From Eledone cirrhosa (lineage: Eukaryota), in the NCBI GenBank assembly GCA_964016885.1, contig OZ024743.1, forward strand, positions 321,532,001 through 321,596,000: DNA of 64,000 bases, read 5' to 3'. The notes beneath the pieces are model-generated. The model had not been told where the DNA came from, ran no database searches, and saw nothing but the letters and a program-made list of their open reading frames with translations. The stretch's first letter is position 1. Every line of letters starts with the position of its first letter. Below, piece by piece: positions 15,601 through 28,049 of this stretch. A program made the translations under genes and the position numbers.

Positions 15601-16870
15601 GAGTGGAGCTACACAGCAACATTGTGCTGAAGTGGAGCTACACAGCAACATTGTGCTGAAGTGGAGTCACACAGCAACATTGTGTTGAAGTGGAGCTACA
15701 CAGCAACATTGTGCTGAAGTGGAACCACACAGCAACGTTATGCTGAAGTGGAACCACACAGCTACATTGTGTTGAAGTGGACCCACACAGCAACATTGTG
15801 CTGAAGAGGAACCACACAGCAACATTGTGTTGAAGTGGATCCACACAGCAACATTGTGCTGAAGTGGACCCACACGGCAATATTGTGTTGAAGTGGAGCG
15901 ACATAGCAACATTGTGCTGAAATGGAGCCACATAGCAACATTGTGCTGAAGTGGAGCCACACAGCAACATTGTGTTGAAGTGGAGCCACACAGCAACATT
16001 GTGCTGAAGTGGAGCCACATAGCAACATTGTCCTGATGTCGAGCCACACAGCAACATTTTGTTGAAGTGGAGCCACACAGCAACATTGTGTTGAAGTGGA
16101 GCCACACAGCAACATTGTGATGAAGTGGATCCACACAGCAACATTGTGCTGAAGTGGAGCCACACAGCAACATTGTGTTGAAGTGGAGCCACACAGCAAA
16201 ATTGTGTTGAAGTGGAGCCACACAGCAACATTGTGTTGAAGTGGAGCCACAAAGCAACATGGTGTTGAAGTGGAGCCACACAGCGCAAAATTGTGTTTAA
16301 GTAGAGCCACATAGCAGCATTGTCCTGAAGTGGAACCACACTGCAACATTGTGCTGAAGTGGAGATACACAGCAACATTGTGTTGAAGTGGAGCTACACA
16401 GCAACATTGTGCTGAAGTGGAGCTACACAGCAACATTGTGCTGAAGTGGAGTCACACAGCAACATTGTGTTGAAGTGGAGTCACACGGCAATATTGTGTT
16501 GACGTGGAGCCATGCAGCAACATTCTGCTGGAGTGGAGCTACACAGCAACATTGTGCTGAAGTGGAGCTACACAGCAACATTGTGCTGAAGTGGAGTCAC
16601 ACAGCAACATTGTGTTGAAGTGGAGCTACACAGCAACATTGTGCTGAAGTGGAACCACACAGCAACATTGTGTTGAAGTGGTGCTACACAGCAACATTGT
16701 GTTGAAGTGGACCCACACAGCAGCATTGTCCTGAAGTGGAACCACACAGCAACATTGTGCTGAAGTGGAGCTACACAGAAACATTGTGTTGAAGTGGAGC
16801 TACACAGCAACATTGTGCTGAAGTGGAGCTACACAGCAACATTGTGCTGAAGTGGAGTCACACAGCAACA
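12650..16870 (+). repeat. Near-identical duplication, offset 2177 bp (75 monomers + 2 bp)
   Basis: Identical translated ORFs at constant offset 2177: 12765/14942, 13461/15638, 13585/15762, 14391/16568. Confidence 0.93.
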
Positions 16871-16909
16871 TTGTGTTGAAGTGGAGCTACACAGCAACAT
16901 TGAGCTGAA

Positions 16910-19900
16910 GTGGAACCAAACAGCAACATTGTGTTGAAGTGGTGCTACACAGCAACATTGTGTTGAAGTGGAGCCACACAGCAACACTGTGCTGAAGTGG
17001 AGCCACACAGCAACATTGTGCTGAAGTCGAGCCACATAGCAACACTGTGCTGAAATGGAGCCACATAGCAACATTGTGCTGAAGTGGAGCCACATATCAA
17101 TATCGTTTTGAAGTGGAGCCACACAGCAACATTGTGCTGAAGTGGAGTCACACAGCAACATTGTGTTGAAGTGGAGCTACACAGCAACATTGTGCTGAAG
17201 TGGAACCACACAGCAACATTGTGTTGAAGTGGTGCTACACAGCAACATTGTGTTGAAGTGGACCCACACAGCAACATTGTGCTGAAGTGGAACCACACAG
17301 CAACATTGTGTTGAAGTGGATCCACACAGCAACATTGTGTTGAAGGGGAGCCACACAGCAACATTGTGTTGAAGTGGACCCACACAGCAACATTGTGTTG
17401 AAGTGGAGCTACACAGCAACATTGTGCTGAAGTGGAGCTACATAGCAACATTGTGCTGAAGTGGAGTCACACAGCAACATTGTGTTGAAGTGGAGTCACA
17501 CGGCAATATTGTGTTGACGTGGAGCCACACAGCAACATTCTGCTGGAGTGGAGCTACACAGCAACATTGTGCTGAAGTGGAGCTACACAGCAACATTGTG
17601 CTGAAGTGGAGTCACACAGCAACATTGTGCTGAAGTGGACCCACACAGCAATATTGTGTTGAAGTGGAGCGACATAGCAACATTGTGCTGAAGTGGAGCC
17701 ACATAGCAACATTGTGCTGAAGTGGAGCCACACAGCAACATTGTGTTGAAGTGGGGCCACATAGCAACATTGTCCTGAAGTGGAGCCACACAGCAACATT
17801 GTGTTGAAGTGGAACCACAAAGCAACATCGTGTTGAAGTGGAGCCACACAGCAACATTGTGTTGAAGTGGAGCCACACAGCATCATTGTGCTGAAGTGGT
17901 CCCACATGGCATCATTGTGTTGAAGGGGAGCCACACAGCAACATTGTGCTGAAGTGGAGCCACACAGCAACATTGTGCTGAAGTGGAGCCACATAGCAAC
18001 ATTGTGTTGAAGTGGACCCACACAGCAATATTGTGTTGAATTGGAGCGACATAGCAACATTGTGCTGAAGTGGAGCAACATAGCAACATTGTGCTGAAGT
18101 GGAGCTACACAGCAACATTGTGCTGAAGTGGAGTCACACAGCAACATTGTGTTGAAGTGGAGACACACGGCAATATTGTGTTGACGTGGCGCCATGCAGC
18201 AACATTCTGTTGGAGTGGAGCTACACAGCAACATTGTGCTGAAGTGGAGCTACACAGCAACATTGTGCTGAAGTGGAGTCACACAGCAACATTGTGTTGA
18301 AGTGGAGCTACACAGCAACATTGTGCTGAAGTGGAACCACACAGCAACATTATGCTGAAGTGGAACCACACAGCAACATTGTGTTGAAGTGGACCCACAC
18401 AGCAACATTGTGCTGAAGAGGAACCACACAGCAACATTGTGTTGAAGTGGATCCACACAGCAACATTGTGCTGAAGTGGACCCACACGGCAATATTGTGT
18501 TGAAGTGGAGCGACATAGCAACATTGTGCTGAAATGGAGACACATAGCAACATTGTGCTGAAGTGGAGCCACACAGCAACATTGTGTTGAAGTGGAGCCA
18601 CACAGCAACATTGTGTTGAAGTGGAGCCACACAGCAACATTGTGTTGAAGTGGAGCCACACAGCAACATTGTGATGAAGTGGATCCACACAGCAACATTG
18701 TGCTGAAGTGGAGCCACACAGCAACATTGTGTTGAAGTGGAGCCACACAGCAAAATTGTGTTGAAGTGGAGCCACACAGCAACATTGTGTTGAAGTGGAG
18801 CCACACAGCAACATGGTGTTGAAGTGGAGCCACACAGCACAAAATTGTGTTTAAGTAGAGCCACATAGCAGCATTGTCCTGAAGTGGAGATACACAGCAA
18901 CATTGTGTTGAAGTGGAGCTACACAGCAACATTGTGCTGAAGTGGAGCTACACAGCAACATTGTGCTGAAGTGGAGTCACACAGCAACATTGTGTTGAAG
19001 TGGAGTCACACGGCAATATTGTGTTGACGTGGAGCCATGCAGCAACATTCTGCTGGAGTGGAGCTACACAGCAACATTGTGCTGAAGTGGAGCTACACAG
19101 CAACATTGTGCTAAAGTGGAGTCACACAGCAACATTGTGTTGAAGTGGAGCTACACAGCAACATTGTCCTGAAGTGGAACCACACAGCAACATTGTGTTG
19201 AAGTGGTGCTACACAGCAACATTGTGTTGAAGTGGACCCACACAGCAGCATTGTCCTGAAGTGGAACCACACAGCAACATTGTGCTGAAGTGGAGCTACA
19301 CAGAAACATTGTGTTGAAGTGGAGCTACACAGCAACATTGTGCTGAAGTGGAGCTACACAGCAACATTGTGCTGAAGTGGAGTCACACAGCAACATTGTG
19401 TTGAAGTGGAGCTACACAGCAACATTGAGCTGAAGTGGAACCAAACAGCAACATTGTGTTGAAGTGGTGCTACACAGCAACATTGTGTTGAAGTGGAGCC
19501 ACACAGCAACACTGTGCTGAAGTGGAGCCACACAGCAACATTGTGCTGAAGTCGAGCCACATAGCAACACTGTGTTGAAATGGAGCCACATAGCAACATT
19601 GTGCTGAAGTGGAGCCACATATCAATATCGTTTTGAAGTGGAGCCACACAGCAACATTGTGCTGAAGTGGAGCCACATAGCAACATTGTCCTGATGTCGA
19701 GTCACACAGCAACATTTTGTTGAAGTGGAGCCACACAGCAACATTGTGTTGAAGTGGAGCCACACAGCAACATTGTGTTGAAGTGGATCCACACAGCAAC
19801 ATTGTGCTGAAGTGGAGCCACACAGCAACATTGTGTTGAAGTGGAGCCACACAGCAACATTGTGTTGAAGTGGAGCCACACAGCAACATTGTGTTGAAGT

Positions 19901-22900
19901 GGAGCCACACAGCAACATGGTGTTGAAGTGGAGCCACACAGCGCAAAATTGTGTTTAATAGAGCCACATAGCAGCATTGTCCTGAAGTGGAACCACACAG
20001 CAACATTGAGCTGAAGTGGAGCTACACAGCAACATTGTGTTGAAGTGGAGCTACACAGCAACATTGTGCTGAAGTGGAGCTACACAGCAACATTGTGCTG
20101 AAGTGAATCACACAGCAACATTGTGTTGAAGTGGAGTCACACGGCAATATTGTATTGACGTGGAGCCATGCAGCAACATTCTGCTGGAGTGGAGCTACAC
20201 AGCAACATTGTGCTCAAGTGGAGCTACACAGCAACATTGTGCTGAAGTGGAGTCACACAGCAACATTGTGTTGAAGTGGAGCTACACAGCAACATTGTGC
20301 TGAAGTGGAACCACACAGCAACATTGTGTTGAAGTGGTGCTACACAGCAACATCGTGTTGAAGTGGACCCACACAGCAACATTGTGCTGAAGTGGAACCA
20401 CACAGCAACATTGTGTTGAAGTGGAGCCACACAGCAACATTGTGTTGAAGGGGAGCCACACAGCAACATTGTGTTGAAGTGGACCCACACAGCAACATTG
20501 TGTTGAAGTGGAGCCACACAGCAACATTGTGCTGAAGTGGAGCCACACAGCAACATTGTGTTGAAGTGGTGTCACACAAAAACATTGTGTTGAAGTGGAC
20601 CCACACAGCAACATTGTGCTGAAGTGGAACCACACAGCAACATTGTGTTGAAGTGGAGCCACACAGCAACATTGTGTTGAAGGGGAGCCACACAGCAACA
20701 TTGTGTTGAAGTGGACCCACACAGCAACATTGTGTTGAAGTGGAGCCACACAGCAACATTGTGTTGAAGTGGAGCCACACAGCAACATTGTGCTGAAGTG
20801 GACCCACACAGCAACATTGTGTTGAAGTGGAGCCACACAGCAACATTGTGTTGAAGTGGAGCCACACAGCAACATTGTGCTGAAGTGGAGCCACATAGCA
20901 ACATTGTCCTGATGTCGAGCCACACAGCAACATTTTGTTGAAGTGGAGCCACACAGCAACATTGTGTTGAAGTGGATCCACACAGCAACATTGTGCTGAA
21001 GTGGAGCCACACAGCAACATTGTGTTGAAGTGGAGCCACACAGCAACATTGTGTTGAAGTGGAGCCACACAGCAACATTGTGTTGAAGTGGAGCCACACA
21101 GCAACATGGTGTTGAAGTGGAGCCACTCAGCGCAAAATTGTGTTTAAGTAGAGCCACATAGCAGCATTGTCCTGAAGTGGAACCACACAGCAACATTGTG
21201 CTGAAGTGGAGCTACACAGCAACATTCTGCTGAAGTGGAGCTACACAGCAACATTGTGCTGAAGTGGAGTCACACAGCAACATTGCGTTGAAGTGGAGTC
21301 ACACGGCAATATTGTGTTGACGTGGAGCCATGCAGCAACATTCTGCTGGAGTGGAGCTACACAGCAACATTGTGCTGAAGTGGAGCTACACAGCAACATT
21401 GTGCTGAAGTGGAGTCACACAGCAACATTGTGTTGAAGTGGAGCTACACAGCAACATTGTGCTGAAGTGGAGCCACACAGCAACATTGTGTTGAAGTGGT
21501 GCTACACAGCAACATTGTGTTGAAGTGGACCCACACAGCAACATTGTGCTGAAGTGGAACCACACAGCAACATTGTGTTGAAGTGGTGCTACACAGCAAC
21601 ATTGTGTTGAAGTGGACCCACACAGCAGCATTGTCCTGAAGTGGAACCAAACAGCAACATTGTGTTGAAGTGGTGCTACACAGCAACATTGTGTTGAAGT
21701 GGAGCCACACAGCAACACTGTGCTGAAGTGGAGCCACACAGCAACATTGTGCTGAAGTCGAGCCACATAGCAACACTGTGCTGAAATGGAGCCACATAGC
21801 AACATTGTGCTGAAGTGGAGCCACATATCAATATCGTTTTGAAGTGGAGCCACACAGCAACATTGTGCTGAAGTGGAGTCACACAGCAACATTGTGTTGA
21901 AGTGGAGCTACACAGCAACATTGTGCTGAAGTGGAACCACACAGCAACATTGTGTTGAAGTGGTGCTACACAGCAACATTGTGTTGAAGTGGACCCACAC
22001 AGCAACATTGTGCTGAAGTGGAACCACACAGCAACATTGTGTTGAAGTGGATCCACACAGCAACATTGTGTTGAAGGGGAGCCACACAGCAACATTGTGT
22101 TGAAGTGGACCCACACAGCAACATTGTGTTGAAGTGGAGCTACACAGCAACATTGTGCTGAAGTGGAGCTACATAGCAACATTGTGCTGAAGTGGAGTCA
22201 CACAGCAACATTGTGTTGAAGTGGAGTCACACGGCAATATTGTGTTGACGTGGAGCCACACAGCAACATTCTGCTGGAGTGGAGCTACACAGCAACATTG
22301 TGCTGAAGTGGAGCTACACAGCAACATTGTGCTGAAGTGGAGTCACACAGCAACATTGTGCTGAAGTGGACCCACACAGCAATATTGTGTTGAAGTGGAG
22401 CGACATAGCAACATTGTGCTGAAGTGGAGCCACATAGCAACATTGTGCTGAAGTGGAGCCACACAGCAACATTGTGTTGAAGTGGGGCCACATAGCAACA
22501 TTGTCCTGAAGTGGAGCCACACAGCAACATTGTGTTGAAGTGGAACCACAAAGCAACATCGTGTTGAAGTGGAGCCACACAGCAACATTGTGTTGAAGTG
22601 GAGCCACACAGCATCATTGTGCTGAAGTGGTCCCACATGGCATCATTGTGTTGAAGGGGAGCCACACAGCAACATTGTGCTGAAGTGGAGCCACACAGCA
22701 ACATTGTGCTGAAGTGGAGCCACATAGCAACATTGTGTTGAAGTGGACCCACACAGCAATATTGTGTTGAATTGGAGCGACATAGCAACATTGTGCTGAA
22801 GTGGAGCAACATAGCAACATTGTGCTGAAGTGGAGCTACACAGCAACATTGTGCTGAAGTGGAGTCACACAGCAACATTGTGTTGAAGTGGAGACACACG

Positions 22901-25900
22901 GCAATATTGTGTTGACGTGGCGCCATGCAGCAACATTCTGTTGGAGTGGAGCTACACAGCAACATTGTGCTGAAGTGGAGCTACACAGCAACATTGTGCT
23001 GAAGTGGAGTCACACAGCAACATTGTGTTGAAGTGGAGCTACACAGCAACATTGTGCTGAAGTGGAACCACACAGCAACATTATGCTGAAGTGGAACCAC
23101 ACAGCAACATTGTGTTGAAGTGGACCCACACAGCAACATTGTGCTGAAGAGGAACCACACAGCAACATTGTGTTGAAGTGGATCCACACAGCAACATTGT
23201 GCTGAAGTGGACCCACACGGCAATATTGTGTTGAAGTGGAGCGACATAGCAACATTGTGCTGAAATGGAGACACATAGCAACATTGTGCTGAAGTGGAGC
23301 CACACAGCAACATTGTGTTGAAGTGGAGCCACACAGCAACATTGTGTTGAAGTGGAGCCACACAGCAACATTGTGTTGAAGTGGAGCCACACAGCAACAT
23401 TGTGATGAAGTGGATCCACACAGCAACATTGTGCTGAAGTGGAGCCACACAGCAACATTGTGTTGAAGTGGAGCCACACAGCAAAATTGTGTTGAAGTGG
23501 AGCCACACAGCAACATTGTGTTGAAGTGGAGCCACACAGCAACATGGTGTTGAAGTGGAGCCACACAGCGCAAAATTGTGTTTAAGTAGAGCCACATAGC
23601 AGCATTGTCCTGAAGTGGAACCACACAGCAACATTGTGCTGAAGTGGAGATACACAGCAACATTGTGTTGAAGTGGAGCTACACAGCAACATTGTGCTGA
23701 AGTGGAGCTACACAGCAACATTGTGCTGAAGTGGAGTCACACAGCAACATTGTGTTGAAGTGGAGTCACACGGCAATATTGTGTTGACGTGGAGCCATGC
23801 AGCAACATTCTGCTGGAGTGGAGCTACACAGCAACATTGTGCTGAAGTGGAGCTACACAGCAACATTGTGCTAAAGTGGAGTCACACAGCAACATTGTGT
23901 TGAAGTGGAGCTACACAGCAACATTGTGCTGAAGTGGAACCACACAGCAACATTGTGTTGAAGTGGTGCTACACAGCAACATTGTGTTGAAGTGGACCCA
24001 CACAGCAGCATTGTCCTGAAGTGGAACCACACAGCAACATTGTGCTGAAGTGGAGCTACACAGAAACATTGTGTTGAAGTGGAGCTACACAGCAACATTG
24101 TGCTGAAGTGGAGCTACACAGCAACATTGTGCTGAAGTGGAGTCACACAGCAACATTGTGTTGAAGTGGAGCTACACAGCAACATTGAGCTGAAGTGGAA
24201 CCAAACAGCAACATTGTGTTGAAGTGGTGCTACACAGCAACATTGTGTTGAAGTGGAGCCACACAGCAACACTGTGCTGAAGTGGAGCCACACAGCAACA
24301 TTGTGCTGAAGTCGAGCCTCATAGCAACACTGTGTTGAAATGGAGCCACATAGCAACATTGTGCTGAAGTGGAGCCACATATCAATATCGTTTTGAAGTG
24401 GAGCCACACAGCAACATTGTGCTGAAGTGGAGCCACATAGCAACATTGTCCTGATGTCGAGTCACACAGCAACATTTTGTTGAAGTGGAGCCACACAGCA
24501 ACATTGTGTTGAAGTGGAGCCACACAGCAACATTGTGTTGAAGTGGATCCACACAGCAACATTGTGCTGAAGTGGAGCCACACAGCAACATTGTGTTGAA
24601 GTGGAGCCACACAGCAACATTGTGTTGAAGTGGAGCCACACAACAACATTGTGTTGAAGTGGAGCCACACAGCAACATGGTGTTGAAGTGGAGCCACACA
24701 GCGCAAAATTGTGTTTAATAGAGCCACATAGCAGCATTGTCCTGAAGTGGAACCACACAGCAACATTGAGCTGAAGTGGAGCTACACAGCAACATTGTGT
24801 TGAAGTGGAGCTACACAGCAACATTGTGCTGAAGTGGAGCTACACAGCAACATTGTGCTGAAGTGAATCACACAGCAACATTGTGTTGAAGTGGAGTCAC
24901 ACGGCAATATTGTATTGACGTGGAGCCATGCAGCAACATTCTGCTGGAGTGGAGCTACACAGCAACATTGTGCTCAAGTGGAGCTACACAGCAACATTGT
25001 GCTGAAGTGGAGTCACACAGCAACATTGTGTTGAAGTGGAGCTACACAGCAACATTGTGCTGAAGTGGAACCACACAGCAACATTGTGTTGAAGTGGTGC
25101 TACACAGCAACATCGTGTTGAAGTGGACCCACACAGCAACATTGTGCTGAAGTGGAACCACACAGCAACATTGTGTTGAAGTGGAGCCACACAGCAACAT
25201 TGTGTTGAAGGGGAGCCACACAGCAACATTGTGTTGAAGTGGACCCACACAGCAACATTGTGTTGAAGTGGAGCCACACAGCAACATTGTGCTGAAGTGG
25301 AGCCACACAGCAACATTGTGTTGAAGTGGTGTCACACAAAAACATTGTGTTGAAGTGGACCCACACAGCAACATTGTGCTGAAGTGGAACCACACAGCAA
25401 CATTGTGTTGAAGTGGAGCCACACAGCAACATTGTGTTGAAGGGGAGCCACACAGCAACATTGTGTTGAAGTGGACCCACACAGCAACATTGTGTTGAAG
25501 TGGAGCCACACAGCAACATTGTGTTGAAGTGGAGCCACACAGCAACATTGTGCTGAAGTGGACCCACACAGCAACATTGTGTTGAAGTGGAGCCACACAG
25601 CAACATTGTGTTGAAGTGGAGCCACACAGCAACATTGTGCTGAAGTGGAGCCACATAGCAACATTGTCCTGATGTCGAGCCACACAGCAACATTTTGTTG
25701 AAGTGGAGCCACACAGCAACATTGTGTTGAAGTGGATCCACACAGCAACATTGTGCTGAAGTGGAGCCACACAGCAACATTGTGTTGAAGTGGAGCCACA
25801 CAGCAACATTGTGTTGAAGTGGAGCCACACAGCAACATTGTGTTGAAGTGGAGCCACACAGCAACATGGTGTTGAAGTGGAGCCACTCAGCGCAAAATTG

Positions 25901-26330
25901 TGTTTAAGTAGAGCCACATAGCAGCATTGTCCTGAAGTGGAACCACACAGCAACATTGTGCTGAAGTGGAGCTACACAGCAACATTCTGCTGAAGTGGAG
26001 CTACACAGCAACATTGTGCTGAAGTGGAGTCACACAGCAACATTGCGTTGAAGTGGAGTCACACGGCAATATTGTGTTGACGTGGAGCCATGCAGCAACA
26101 TTCTGCTGGAGTGGAGCTACACAGCAACATTGTGCTGAAGTGGAGCTACACAGCAACATTGTGCTGAAGTGGAGTCACACAGCAACATTGTGTTGAAGTG
26201 GAGCTACACAGCAACATTGTGCTGAAGTGGAGCCACACAGCAACATTGTGTTGAAGTGGTGCTACACAGCAACATTGTGTTGAAGTGGACCCACACAGCA
26301 ACATTGTGCTGAAGTGGAACCACACTGCAA
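16910..26330 (+). repeat. Tandem duplication, unit 4731-4760 bp (163-164 monomers + 4 bp)
   Basis: Offsets 4731 (17177/21908, 17554/22285) and 4760 (19354/24114, 20282/25042, 21386/26146), with identical or near-identical translations. Confidence 0.93.
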
Positions 26331-28049
26331 CATTGTGTTGAAGTGGAGCCACACAGCAACATTGTGTTGAAGGGGAGCCACACAGCAACATTGTGTTGAA
26401 GTGGACCCACACAGCAACATTGTGTTGAAGTGGAGCCACACAGCAACATTGTGCTGAAGTGGAGCCACACAGCAACATTGTGTTGAAGTGGTGCCACACA
26501 AAAACATTGTGTTGAAGTGGACCCACACAGCAACATTGTGCTGAAGTGGAACCACACAGCAACATTGTGTTGAAGTGGAGCCACACAGCAACATTGTGTT
26601 GAAGGGGAGCCACACAGCAACATTGTGTTGATGTGGAGCCACATGCCATCATTGTGTTGAATTGGAGCCACACAGCAACATTGTGCTGAAGTGGAGCCAC
26701 ACAGCAACATTGTGCTGAAGTCGAGCCACATAGCAACATTGTGTTGAAGTGGACCCACACAGCAATATTGTGTTGAAGTGGAAGGACATAGCAACATTGT
26801 GTTGAAGTGGAGCCACACAGCAACATTGTGTTGAAGTGGAGCCACACAGCAACATTGTGTTGAAGTGGAGCCACACAGCAACATTGTGTTTAAGTGGAAC
26901 CACACAGCAACATCGTGTTGAAGTGGAGCCACACAGCAATATTGTGTTGAAGTGGAGCCACACAGCAACATTCTGTTGAAGGGGAGCCACACAGCAACAT
27001 TGTGTTGAAGTGGAGCCACACAGCGCAAAATTGTGTTTAAGTAGAGCCACATAGCAGCATTGTCCTGAAATGGAACCACACAGCAACATTGTGCTGATGA
27101 AGTGGAGCTAAACAGCAACATTGTGTTGAAGTGGAGCTACACAGCAACATTGTGCTGAAGTGGAGCTACACAGCAACATTGTGCTGAAGTGGAGTCACAC
27201 AGCAACATTGTGTTGAAGTGGAGACACACGGCAATATTGTGTTGACGTGGCGCCATGCAGCAACATTGTGCTGAAGTGGAGTCACACAGCAACATTGTGT
27301 TGAAGTGGAGCTACACAGCAACATTGTGCTGAAGTGGAACCACACAGCAACATTGTGCTGAAGTGGAACTACACAGCAACATTGTGTTGAAGTGGACCCA
27401 CACAGCAACATTGTGCTGAAGTGGAACCACACAGCAACATTGTGTTGAAGTGGATCCACACAGCAACATTGTGTTGAAGGGGAGCCACACAGCAACATTG
27501 TGTTGAAGTGGAACCACACAGCAACATCGTGTTGAAGTGGAGCCACACAGCAATATTGTGTTGAAGTGGAGCCACACAGCAACATTCTGTTGAAGGGGAG
27601 CCACACAGCAACATTGTGTTGAAGTGGAGCCACACAGCGCAAAATTGTGTTTAAGTAGAGCCACATAGCAGCATTGTCCTGAAATGGAACCACACAGCAA
27701 CATTGTGCTGATGAAGTGGAGCTACACAGCAACATTGTGTTGAAGTGGAGCTACACAGCAACATTGTGCTGAAGTGGAGCTACACAGCAACATTGTGCTG
27801 AAGTGGAGTCACACAGCAACATTGTGTTGAAGTGGAGACACACGGCAATATTGTGTTGACGTGGCGCCATGCAGCAACATTCTGCTGGAGTGGAGCTACA
27901 CAGCAACATTGTGCTGAAGTGGAGCTACACAGCAACATTGTGCTGAAGTGGAGTCACACAGCAACATTGTGTTGAAGTGGAGCTACACAGCAACATTGTG
28001 CTGAAGTGGAACCACACAGCAACATTGTGCTGAAGTGGAACTACACAGC

